Assembly: GCA_023248545.1 (NCBI GenBank)
Contig: JAHFEF010000011.1
Location: 162-64,161 of the forward strand
Source: Myxococcales bacterium
GTDB taxonomy: Bacteria; Myxococcota; UBA727; JABDBI01
Direction: 5' to 3'
DNA: 64,000 bases
Translations under genes and position numbers: made by a program
The notes under the pieces: model-generated
What the model was told of the DNA's origin: nothing
The model's database searches: none
The model's input: only the letters and a program-made list of their open reading frames with translations
In this document: positions 49,613 to 57,765 of the stretch, piece after piece
How the letters are laid out: the number at the start of each line of letters is the position of its first letter
Numbering within the stretch: the first letter of the stretch is position 1

Positions 49613-50998
49613 ATGGCCCTCACTCAATATTTCGTCGTGATTCTTCTTATTTCTGTTCCTGTGGGTGCACAAATTTCCGGAAGCTTTGAACTCGGGCGCA
49701 CACTGAACGCGATGCACCTAAAACATCAATCGATCGAGCAAAACGCCATCAACCTGGGTAATCTTTGGCAGTCCTTTCTCTCGTTGGCCAGAACTTTCGG
49801 TGTTTTCCAAAAATCAACGCTCCCGATCGATTCGCAACTTGCAACCTCAGTGCCCAAAGATTTGAAACAACCCTCCGAGTCCTTAGACAGCGCTCATCAA
49901 AAGGCGATGCGACAACTCAGCGAGCTCAAAGAACTTGCCGCTGAGCGCCCGCTCACTCAAAGCGAGCGTGATGGGCTCGAGAGACTCAAACTCCGAGAAT
50001 TTCTCGCTCCGGGTTGTGGCGTGGATGACAAAACAGCTGAGCTCCCAGAACAACAGCAGATTGAGAACTTTCCGGTCATATGGACTGCACCCGCTGGCGA
50101 ACAAGAATCACCGAATTCACAGATTACACTCACGGGGGGGATTTATATTGCCGACGTCCTCGATGTAGTCCTCAAATTCCTTCCATTCAAGTTGGGACCG
50201 TTCATGAGTGTCATCCATGTATCGAGAGCGTGGCGCAGGCAAGCTGAACAAGTCCCCCATTGGTTTGGGACATTGATTTGTAAAGCTCAGTGCTGCCAAA
50301 TCATCGTGCCGAGGCAAATAACGTCAGAAGGTAACATTCTTGGGCTGGAGATTATATTAACGTGGAGTTTAGAAAAAAGAATAAGGCTCATTTTTCCGTC
50401 TGGGTTCGATTGGTTCTCGATAATTCGAGCAAAATGCCTGTCAGTAGATGACAACTTTATCTCGCTCATCGCTCAACACTGCCAACACCTACAGTATCTC
50501 AGCGTATGTGGAAGTGTAGTCACAGACGCATCCATCTCGCTCATTGCTCAAAACTGCCCACGCCTACAGCACCTCGACGTATCTTACACCTGCGGTCAAG
50601 TTACAGACGCATCCATCTCGCTCATCGCTCAACATTGCCCAGGCTTACAGCGCCTCAATGTAAGTTGCACCCGCGGTCAAGTTACAGACGCATCCATCTC
50701 GCTCATCGCTCAACTCTGCCCAGACCTACAGCACCTCGACGTATCTTACACCTGCGGTCAAGTTACAGACGCATCCATCTCGCTCATCGCCAAACACTGC
50801 CCAGACCTACAGCACCTCGATGTATCTGACACCTACGGTAAAGTTACAGACGCATCCATCTCGCTCATTGCCAAACACTGCCCAGGCCTACAGCACCTCG
50901 ACGTATCTTACACCCGCGGTAAAGTGACAGACGCATCCATCTCGCTCATCAAGCAATTGTGCCCAAAGGCCCGGTGTTCGCGGTCGACGTGGAATTGA
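49613..50998 (+). CDS. Secreted F-box-like / cysteine-containing LRR protein, copy 1
   Basis: Signal peptide; F-box-like DVLDVVLKFLP...VSRAWRR; 27-aa repeats VTDASISLIAxxCPxLQxLDVSxTxG. Confidence 0.85.
   Translation: MALTQYFVVILLISVPVGAQISGSFELGRTLNAMHLKHQSIEQNAINLGNLWQSFLSLARTFGVFQKSTLPIDSQLATSVPKDLKQPSESLDSAHQKAMRQLSELKELAAERPLTQSERDGLERLKLREFLAPGCGVDDKTAELPEQQQIENFPVIWTAPAGEQESPNSQITLTGGIYIADVLDVVLKFLPFKLGPFMSVIHVSRAWRRQAEQVPHWFGTLICKAQCCQIIVPRQITSEGNILGLEIILTWSLEKRIRLIFPSGFDWFSIIRAKCLSVDDNFISLIAQHCQHLQYLSVCGSVVTDASISLIAQNCPRLQHLDVSYTCGQVTDASISLIAQHCPGLQRLNVSCTRGQVTDASISLIAQLCPDLQHLDVSYTCGQVTDASISLIAKHCPDLQHLDVSDTYGKVTDASISLIAKHCPGLQHLDVSYTRGKVTDASISLIKQLCPKARCSRSTWN
50519..50965 (+). 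repeat. 81-bp coding tandem repeats (LRR), five full units plus a partial one
   Basis: GTTACAGACGCATCCATCTCGCTCAT at 50600, 50681, 50762, 50843, etc. Confidence 0.95.
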
Positions 50999-51168
50999 AG
51001 TCTCAGGATACTGCTTGGTCACCCTCATTCCAAGTTTTTCGCGAACAAATTCATATTCCGTATTGCTTTCAAGTCGTCAAAGTCGCGCATCCGACAAAAG
51101 TCTGGCACGATGAGTTTGGGACATGTGCTATTCTAGACGCTAATCATTTTTTGACCCATTTACCCTAA
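50989..51168 (+). pseudogene. Duplicated 3' fragment of the DUF4143 ATPase gene
   Basis: KSQDTAWSPSFQVFR...DANHFLTHLP is near-identical to the end of 48302..49528. Confidence 0.9.
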
Positions 51169-51252
51169 TGTGAAATCAAAAAAACGCCCGATGGTCACCG
51201 GCCGCGCACGGCGGGCCTTGAACTATTCATCCAGTCCTCCTATGCCCCAGGC

Positions 51253-52569
51253 ATGGCCCTCACTCAATATTTCGTCGTGATTCTTCTTATTTCTGTTCCT
51301 GTGGGTGCACAAATTTCCGGAAGCTTTGAACTCGGGCGCACACTGAACGCGATGCACCTAAAACATCAATCGATCGAGCAAAACGCCATCAACCTGGGTA
51401 ATCTTTGGCAGTCCTTTCTCTCGTTGGCCAGAACTTTCGGTGTTTTCCAAAAATCAACGCTCCCGATCGATTCGCAACTTGCAACCTCAGTGCCCAAAGA
51501 TTTGAAACAACCCTCCGAGTCCTTAGACAGCGCTCATCAAAAGGCGATGCGACAACTCAGCGAGCTCAAAGAACTTGCCGCTGAGCGCCCGCTCACTCAA
51601 AGCGAGCGTGATGGGTTCGAGAGACTCAAACTCCAAGAATTTCTCGCTCCAGGTTGTATCGTGGATGACAGAACAGTTGAACTCCCAGAACAACAGCAGA
51701 TTGAGAACTTTCCGGTCATATGGACTACACCTGCTGGCGAACAAGAATCACCGAATTCACAGATTACACTCACAGGGGAGATTTATATTGCCGACGTCCT
51801 CGATGCAGTCCTCGAATTCCTTCCATTCAAGTTGGGACCGTTCATGAGTGTCATCCATGTATCGAGAGCATGGCGTAGGCAAGCTGAACAAATCCAACAT
51901 TGGTCTGGGATATTGACTCACGGAGTTGGGGGCCACCAATTCATCGTGCCGAGGCAAATAATTTCAGAAGGTGAGATTCTTGGGCTGGGGATCCATATGC
52001 CTTCGTGTTTTTGGAAAACCGCATGGTTCATTTCTCCGTTGGGGTTCGACTGGTCCTCGATAATTCTAGTAGTAGTAGAATTCCGGTTAGGAGCAGAGGA
52101 CAACAAACTCTCTTGTATTGCTCAACACTGCCCAGGCCTGCAGCACCCCGATGTACCTATTACCGGAGGCAAAGTTACAGACGCATCCATCTCGTTCATC
52201 GCTCAGCACTGCCCAGGCCTACTGTACCTCGATGTATCTTGGACCGGAGGTCAAGTTACAGACGCGTCCATCTCACTCATCGCTCAACACTGCCCACACC
52301 TACAGTACCTCAATGTATCTTGGACCGACGGTAAAGTTACAGACGCATCCATCTCGCTCATCGCTCAACACTGCCCACACCTACAGCACATCGACGTATC
52401 TTGCACCGCGGGTAAAGTTACAGACGAATCCATCTCGCTCATCGCTCAACACTGCCAAGGCCTACGGCGCCTCGACGTATCTTGTACCAACGGTAAAGTT
52501 ACAGACGCATCCATCTCGCTCATCAAGAAATTTTGCCCAAACGTGGTGGTGTATTGCGGAGCACCCTAG
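51253..52569 (+). CDS. Secreted F-box-like / cysteine-containing LRR protein, copy 2
   Basis: First ~120 aa identical to copy 1; diverged post-F-box region; 27-aa LRRs. Confidence 0.85.
   Translation: MALTQYFVVILLISVPVGAQISGSFELGRTLNAMHLKHQSIEQNAINLGNLWQSFLSLARTFGVFQKSTLPIDSQLATSVPKDLKQPSESLDSAHQKAMRQLSELKELAAERPLTQSERDGFERLKLQEFLAPGCIVDDRTVELPEQQQIENFPVIWTTPAGEQESPNSQITLTGEIYIADVLDAVLEFLPFKLGPFMSVIHVSRAWRRQAEQIQHWSGILTHGVGGHQFIVPRQIISEGEILGLGIHMPSCFWKTAWFISPLGFDWSSIILVVVEFRLGAEDNKLSCIAQHCPGLQHPDVPITGGKVTDASISFIAQHCPGLLYLDVSWTGGQVTDASISLIAQHCPHLQYLNVSWTDGKVTDASISLIAQHCPHLQHIDVSCTAGKVTDESISLIAQHCQGLRRLDVSCTNGKVTDASISLIKKFCPNVVVYCGAP
52118..52540 (+). repeat. 81-bp coding tandem repeats (LRR), four full units plus partial ones
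   Basis: Same repeat unit as in copy 1. Confidence 0.93.
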
Positions 52570-52585
52570 ACGGGTCCATCGTGCC

Positions 52586-52627
52586 TATCTACCTGAAAGT
52601 ACGCCACAAAAAGTGATGGACGGTCAG
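52586..52627 (+). repeat. Third copy of the terminal motif of the 2868-3341 element
   Basis: TATCTAccTGAAAgtacgcCACAAAAAGTGATGGACGGTCAG versus 3300-3341 TATCTAttTGAAAttgcttCACAAAAAGTGATGGACGGTCAG; the last 23 bp are identical. Confidence 0.85.
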
Positions 52628-52640
52628 CTTAGGCAAAGAA

Positions 52641-52669
52641 TTGACACGTGTATAGTCATGTGTCATACT
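52641..52669 (+). promoter_or_regulatory. Sigma70 promoter with palindromic operator for phd-vapC
   Basis: TTGACA-17 bp-CATACT; inverted repeat TGACACGTG-tatagt-CATGTGTCA. Confidence 0.7.
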
Positions 52670-52689
52670 CAATTCAGGAGTCAACCAGT

Positions 52690-52965
52690 ATGCACACGGC
52701 TAATGCCCTTCGGATGCGCCAGAACATGGGTTCTGTGATTCAGGAGCTTCAGAAAACAGGCGAACCGATCCTGATTGAGAAGGGCCGTCTGCCAGTGGCT
52801 GTTCTCATTTCGTTGGCCGATTACAAAAAGCGCTTTGTGGACATCGAGGCCGATTCGGCCAGGCGCAAAATCATAGAGGAAATCAAAGCCAGTCAGATTC
52901 GCTTGCCGTCTGGTATGTCTTCTCTGAGCTTGATCCGGGATTTAAGACATGATTCGGGTAATTGA
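52690..52965 (+). CDS. Phd/YefM-family antitoxin
   Basis: ANALRMRQNMGSVI...GEPILIEKGRLPVAVLIS..DY; AGGAG SD. Confidence 0.88.
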   Translation: MHTANALRMRQNMGSVIQELQKTGEPILIEKGRLPVAVLISLADYKKRFVDIEADSARRKIIEEIKASQIRLPSGMSSLSLIRDLRHDSGN

Positions 52966-53350
52966 TGCTTCAGTGGCCATCAAATGGTTTGTGCTGGAGC
53001 AGGGTCAAGAAGGCGCCTTCTCAATTTTGGAATCCATACAAAACTCGCCTAAGCATTATGCTGTTCCAGAACTTTTCTTTAACGAAATGCTCGCCGTTTT
53101 ATGCCGAATCGAGAAGGACGTCAAGAAGGTCCAACGCCACCTTTATTTGCTGGAAAACTTAGGGTTTGAGCGAGTGGGCAATGGCTCCGAGTTGCTGGCG
53201 TTAGCGGCCCAATTGAGTATTGCTCATCACTTAACCGGATATGATGCAATCTATGCGGCAACAGCAAAATTGCTGGGCGGTATTTGGGTGACGGCGGATG
53301 CAAGAGCACATCAGCGCATTTCAAGTTTGGGCATTTCTTCATTGTCATGA
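52949..53350 (+). CDS. vapC: VapC PIN-domain toxin
   Basis: VIDASVAIKWF, PELFFNE, YDAIYAATA, WVTAD. Confidence 0.92.
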   Translation: MIRVIDASVAIKWFVLEQGQEGAFSILESIQNSPKHYAVPELFFNEMLAVLCRIEKDVKKVQRHLYLLENLGFERVGNGSELLALAAQLSIAHHLTGYDAIYAATAKLLGGIWVTADARAHQRISSLGISSLS

Positions 53351-54093
53351 AACCAAAAAAACGTCTAGATCTTGTGTTAGTGGAACGCGGCTTAGAAAAC
53401 TCGCGCTCTCGGGCGCAGGCACGTATTCTGGCCGGGGATGTGATTGTCGGCGATCACAGAGTGGACAAAGCGGGGCATTTGGTGGGCGAATCAGACACGA
53501 TTAGACTGAAAGATAATTCGCTGCCTTATGTTTCCCGCGGCGGGCTCAAACTCGAAGCAGCGCTCAAAGCTTGGCCCACCCAAGTCCAAGACAAAATTTG
53601 CATCGATATCGGTGCTTCGACCGGCGGCTTTACAGACGTGTTGCTGCAAAGTGGCGCGAAATCGGTGTATGCGGTCGACGTTGGCACCCACCAGCTCGCT
53701 TACTCATTGCGGCAGGATCCACGGGTTCGGGTGTTCGAACAGACCCATATTTTGAAAGTTCCTGTCGGCACGTTTGACCCTAAACCCAGCATTGCTGTGA
53801 TGGATGTTAGCTTTATTTCGCTCGAGCGAGTCTTGCCGGCCGTTTTGAAGCATCTTGAACACCCAGCTACTATTTATACTTTGATTAAACCGCAATTTGA
53901 AGTCGGGCCTGGTTTTATAGAAAAGGGCGGGATTGTGAAAAACCAGGCCGCCAGAGAAGCTGCACGAGACAAAATTCTCAAGTTAGCCGAGGGCTTAGGG
54001 CTGAAAATTATTGGGCACCAAGAAAGCCCTATTCAGGGTACCGATGGGAATGTTGAATACCTAGCGTGTATGCAATCCACGTATTCTCCATGA
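53347..54093 (+). CDS. tlyA: TlyA-family rRNA 2'-O-methyltransferase
   Basis: S4 domain KKRLD...SRSRAQ, YVSRGGLKL, DIGASTGGFTD, DVSFISL, LIKPQFE, GNVEYL. Confidence 0.96.
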   Translation: MKPKKRLDLVLVERGLENSRSRAQARILAGDVIVGDHRVDKAGHLVGESDTIRLKDNSLPYVSRGGLKLEAALKAWPTQVQDKICIDIGASTGGFTDVLLQSGAKSVYAVDVGTHQLAYSLRQDPRVRVFEQTHILKVPVGTFDPKPSIAVMDVSFISLERVLPAVLKHLEHPATIYTLIKPQFEVGPGFIEKGGIVKNQAAREAARDKILKLAEGLGLKIIGHQESPIQGTDGNVEYLACMQSTYSP

Positions 54094-54892
54094 GCATGGC
54101 CGATGTCATAGGCCCAACGCCACCAGGGACTGGCGTAATCGCGCGTGCAATAGACATGACGCCTTCGGTGTCTACATCGCCAATGAGCTTACCGTCGGGC
54201 AGTCTGTTAATCCCAATATCTAAGATCACAGCACCGGGTTTAATAAAATCGGGTTTAATCAAATGAGGTGAACCTGCAGCGACGACGAGTAGGTCCGCTT
54301 GCTGGGTAAAATTCTTAAGATTCCGTGTGTTTTTATGACACACTGTCACGGTTGCTTCGGAGTTCATGAGCAACTGAGCCATGGGTTTTCCCACAATATT
54401 GCTGCGACCAATGATCACCGCGTGCGTACCCAAAAGATCGAGGCCAGAGGCTTGGATTAAATCCAGGCAGCCTTTGGGGGTGCAGGGCACAAAGCGAGGC
54501 TTTCCAATTGACAGCAAGCCAATATTTTCCGGATGAAACCCATCGACATCTTTGACGGGACTAATAGCCTGAAGAATTTTTTCGGTAGAAATATGAGCAG
54601 GCAAGGGCAATTGGACCAGGATACCGTCAATTTGGGAGTCATGGTTTAGCTCATGGATTAATCTCAGAAGCTCTGGCTCAGAAATCTGCTTGTCTAGGGC
54701 ATGGAGGACACTGCGAATGCCAATTTCTTGGGCACACTTGATCTTATTGCGAACATAAATTTCTGAAGCGTGGTTATCGCCTACACGAACCGCGCACAGC
54801 CCAGGAGCGCGTGCTGCCGAATGAATCTTCTCTTTGAGGCTGGCTAAAATTTGGCTCGCTCGTACTCGTCCGTCTAGAATTTTTGCGCTCAT
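54029..54892 (-). CDS. folD: Methylenetetrahydrofolate dehydrogenase/cyclohydrolase
   Basis: GILVQLPLP, KDVDGFHP, PCTP, GRSNIVGKP, TPVPGGVGPMT. Confidence 0.98.
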   Translation of the reverse strand: MSAKILDGRVRASQILASLKEKIHSAARAPGLCAVRVGDNHASEIYVRNKIKCAQEIGIRSVLHALDKQISEPELLRLIHELNHDSQIDGILVQLPLPAHISTEKILQAISPVKDVDGFHPENIGLLSIGKPRFVPCTPKGCLDLIQASGLDLLGTHAVIIGRSNIVGKPMAQLLMNSEATVTVCHKNTRNLKNFTQQADLLVVAAGSPHLIKPDFIKPGAVILDIGINRLPDGKLIGDVDTEGVMSIARAITPVPGGVGPMTSAMLMENTWIAYTLGIQHSHRYPE

Positions 54893-54930
54893 GATATCGA
54901 TTTGCTTATCACATTGGTTAGAATGTCAAC

Positions 54931-55998
54931 ATGATCCCTTTGGCACCAGACTATATTCGTGAGTTAGAGCCCTATGTCGCTGGTAAAGCGATTCCCAATT
55001 TGATCAAGCTGGCATCGAACGAAAACCCATTTGGGCCATCGCCAAAAGCCTTAGAATATGCCCGCCGTGCATTGCCCGAAGGCCACCTGTACCCCGTGAA
55101 CCATCGTCAAGATTTGAAAGAAAAAATAGTGGCTTTCCACCGTGAATTCGATCTGAAAACGGATCAAATTATTATTGGCAATGGGTCGACAGAACTCATC
55201 ACGCTGCTGGTACGTACTTTGGTCGGTCCGGGTGAAGCCGTATTAAACGCCTGGCCCTCTTTTCTGATGTATCGGCTGGCGTGTCGTGCTCAGGGACGAC
55301 AAGAGATCGACGTCGCTCTCACAGACTCTCTGGACTACGATTTGGAAACCATGGCTGCCAAAGCCAGTCAGGCCAAATTGGTATTCTTAGCAAACCCCAA
55401 TAATCCCACCGGCAGGTATATCAACGCTCAAGCTTTAGAGCGCTTTTTGAATCAGATTCCCGAACATGTGGTGGTTGTATTAGACGAAGCTTATAGTGAG
55501 TTTGTTCGGCGTGAAAATTTTCCTAATGGGCTGGCATGGGTTCAAAAACGCCCCAGGACCGTTACTTTGAGAACTTTTTCCAAGGCTTATGGCTTGGCTG
55601 GGTTTAGGATTGCTTATGCAGCTTGTGATCCTGCGATTGCAGAACTGCTGCATCGGGTGAGAGATCCATTTAATGTGAACAGCATTGCCCAGGCGGCGGC
55701 TTTAGGGGCATTGGATGATCAAGAACATGTTCTTAAAAGCGCAGAATCCAATTGGAAAGAGCTAATTTTGCTAGAAAAGAGATTTTCGGAGCTGGGCATC
55801 AAATTCACAGAGAGTGCTGGAAATTTTATTCTGGCCCATTTTGAAAATGCGGAGCTAGTCTACAAAAAGCTGATAGATTTCGGGGTGATCGTTCGGCCGT
55901 TGGGCAATTATGACCTGCCTCATTCGATTAGAATCACAGTTGGGAGGCCAGAGCAGAACGAAGCCCTATTTACAGGCTTAAAAGCGCTTGTTAGTTAA
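54931..55998 (+). CDS. hisC: Histidinol-phosphate / aromatic aminotransferase
   Basis: KLASNENP, GNGS.E, NPNNPTG, DEAY, RTFSKAYGLAGFR. Confidence 0.93.
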   Translation: MIPLAPDYIRELEPYVAGKAIPNLIKLASNENPFGPSPKALEYARRALPEGHLYPVNHRQDLKEKIVAFHREFDLKTDQIIIGNGSTELITLLVRTLVGPGEAVLNAWPSFLMYRLACRAQGRQEIDVALTDSLDYDLETMAAKASQAKLVFLANPNNPTGRYINAQALERFLNQIPEHVVVVLDEAYSEFVRRENFPNGLAWVQKRPRTVTLRTFSKAYGLAGFRIAYAACDPAIAELLHRVRDPFNVNSIAQAAALGALDDQEHVLKSAESNWKELILLEKRFSELGIKFTESAGNFILAHFENAELVYKKLIDFGVIVRPLGNYDLPHSIRITVGRPEQNEALFTGLKALVS

Positions 55999-56008
55999 TC
56001 TAACCCTC

Positions 56009-56680
56009 ATGAAATCATATCTATTTCTGCTTTTATTTGCAGTTTCGTGTGTAACGGTTCCAAAAATTCATGAAATCAAGACGATGTCTGAGGTCGAAAA
56101 ATGGATCGTTCCTAATACACTTGTTTTGTTTGATTTAGATAATACGATTTTTGAAGCCACTGATCTGGTCGCTCATGCCAATTTTTTTAACGATATGTTG
56201 AAAAAGTACCCTGGACAGAGAGAAAAAACGCTCCAAAAAACTTGGGGTGCAATTAAAAAATCAGACGTGAAACTCATAGAGCCGATTACGCCTCAGGTGA
56301 TTCGAGATTTGCAGAATCAGGGCGTTGCTGTGATGGCTTTGACTTCCCGGGATATGGAGCTCCTGGAACCCACCTTAAGACAGGTCAAATCAGTTGGAAT
56401 TGATTTTTCAAAGAGTTGCCCCAAGGCAAGTTCGAGGTATATCCACGAAGGAATTTTATTCGCAGACGATGACTACCCCAAAGGTCCTGCTTTGTTGGCT
56501 TATCTGAAAAAGGCGAACTTCAGGCCCAGCCGCATTATTTTGGTGGATGATCTGAAAAGAAATCTAGACAGCGTGGGTCGAGCGGCAGGCGCCATTGGGC
56601 TTTACTACCCCCTGGTCGATAAAAAGCGTCACTTGGAGTGGGACGAAAAAGAAGCTGAACGTCGTTGGTTAGAACAGTAA
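56009..56680 (+). CDS. HAD-like lipoprotein (DUF2608-like)
   Basis: Lipobox AVSC; LVLFDLDNT, ALTSR, KG, ILVDD..NL. Confidence 0.75.
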   Translation: MKSYLFLLLFAVSCVTVPKIHEIKTMSEVEKWIVPNTLVLFDLDNTIFEATDLVAHANFFNDMLKKYPGQREKTLQKTWGAIKKSDVKLIEPITPQVIRDLQNQGVAVMALTSRDMELLEPTLRQVKSVGIDFSKSCPKASSRYIHEGILFADDDYPKGPALLAYLKKANFRPSRIILVDDLKRNLDSVGRAAGAIGLYYPLVDKKRHLEWDEKEAERRWLEQ

Positions 56681-56700
56681 AAGCGTGCTAACTATCAGAC

Positions 56701-57765
56701 ATGCCTAATTCGCGTGTCACGCTTGCTGTTTTTTTGATCCTATTGCTCTTTACGCTCTATTTGGTTGTAGACTTATTTTGGATCTTTGTGACGCCGATTG
56801 TCCTAGGCCTGGTTTTGGTGTCGATTTTTTACCCGTTGTATGCTCGCGTTTTGGATGGTTGCGGGGGCCGGAAATACTTGGCGGCAAGCCTGGTACTGCT
56901 CGTGATTATTTTATGCGTGAGCTTGCCATTTAGTTTTTTCTTGAGTCAGCTGTCCAAACAAGCATTTGAATTTTACCAGAGCAAGAATGTGAGTAATTTG
57001 CTGGGCGGATCTATCTCAGCTTTTTCAAGTCAACATCCGTTAATTGCGCAGATTCATGATCTGGCCGCTCAGTTTGGATTAGATATTTCAGCCGAAAAAA
57101 TAGTTGAAAGCATCACGCAGCTCATGAGCTCTTTTGGATTGATGCTCTATGACCGGCTGAGCGAATTGGCTAGCAATGCCTTATTAATCGCCTTTAATTT
57201 TGTGATCACCATGCTGATCGTCTTTACGTTCTTTGTCAGCGGCAGCGAACTTAAAAAATATATTATGGAGATGTCGCCACTGCCTGAAGATGAAAAAGAA
57301 TATCTGGTTCGGCAATTTAGCGAAATCAGCAAAGCCGTGTTCGTCAGCAACGGCCTCGTGGGACTTCTGGAAGGCATTTTAGGAGGCCTTGGGTTTTATT
57401 TTTTCGGTCTGGGTCCCGCTTTCTTCTGGGGCGTTGTAATCGGCCTATCAGCCTTTTTACCCGTAGTTGGCTCTTGGATTATTATTTTACCAGCAACAGT
57501 GATCTTATTCAGCGACGGGCATCCGATCTTGGCCTGGGTCTATCTCTCATACAATGCGCTTTATTTGGGTATTTGCGAGCTGGTAATAAAGCCTAGACTG
57601 ATCGGTGGCAAAAGCCGGGTGCATGTTGTGCTCGTATTGCTGTCTGTATTAGGGGGCGTAAACTTGTTTGGCGTATTGGGGATTTTTTATGGTCCACTCG
57701 TCGTCACCATGTTCTTGACCCTGATAGAAATCTACAAACAGCACTATCGGCAATTAAGCGCCTAG
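56701..57765 (+). CDS. AI-2E family transporter
   Basis: Multi-TM protein; FLPVVGS, KPRLIG, GGVNLFGVLGIFYGP. Confidence 0.9.
   Translation: MPNSRVTLAVFLILLLFTLYLVVDLFWIFVTPIVLGLVLVSIFYPLYARVLDGCGGRKYLAASLVLLVIILCVSLPFSFFLSQLSKQAFEFYQSKNVSNLLGGSISAFSSQHPLIAQIHDLAAQFGLDISAEKIVESITQLMSSFGLMLYDRLSELASNALLIAFNFVITMLIVFTFFVSGSELKKYIMEMSPLPEDEKEYLVRQFSEISKAVFVSNGLVGLLEGILGGLGFYFFGLGPAFFWGVVIGLSAFLPVVGSWIIILPATVILFSDGHPILAWVYLSYNALYLGICELVIKPRLIGGKSRVHVVLVLLSVLGGVNLFGVLGIFYGPLVVTMFLTLIEIYKQHYRQLSA

Larger units (their letters stand above)
49348..52569 (+). repeat. Tandem duplication with 1640-bp period (ATPase 3' end, intergenic region and F-box-LRR gene)
   Basis: CGTGGAA(G/T)TGAAGTCTCAGGATACTGC starts at both 49348 and 50988; gene starts are 49613 and 51253. 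Confidence 0.95.

Noticed and set aside
50519-52540. 81-bp periodic repeats as a CRISPR array
   Set aside because: The units are in-frame 27-aa LRRs with no unique spacers, and no cas genes are present.
49613-52569. Diversity-generating retroelement explaining the LRR variation
   Set aside because: No reverse transcriptase, Avd or non-coding template repeat in the window; adenine-specific mutagenesis cannot be shown here.
52118-52738. 206-aa and other alternative-frame ORFs over the LRR arrays
   Set aside because: Open frames are a by-product of stop-free tandem repeats; the LRR frame explains the sequence.
54029-54093. 65-bp convergent overlap of tlyA and folD
   Set aside because: Short 3' overlaps are common across this compact window (also lolA/smr and rsgA/TPR gene); nothing indicates a special function.
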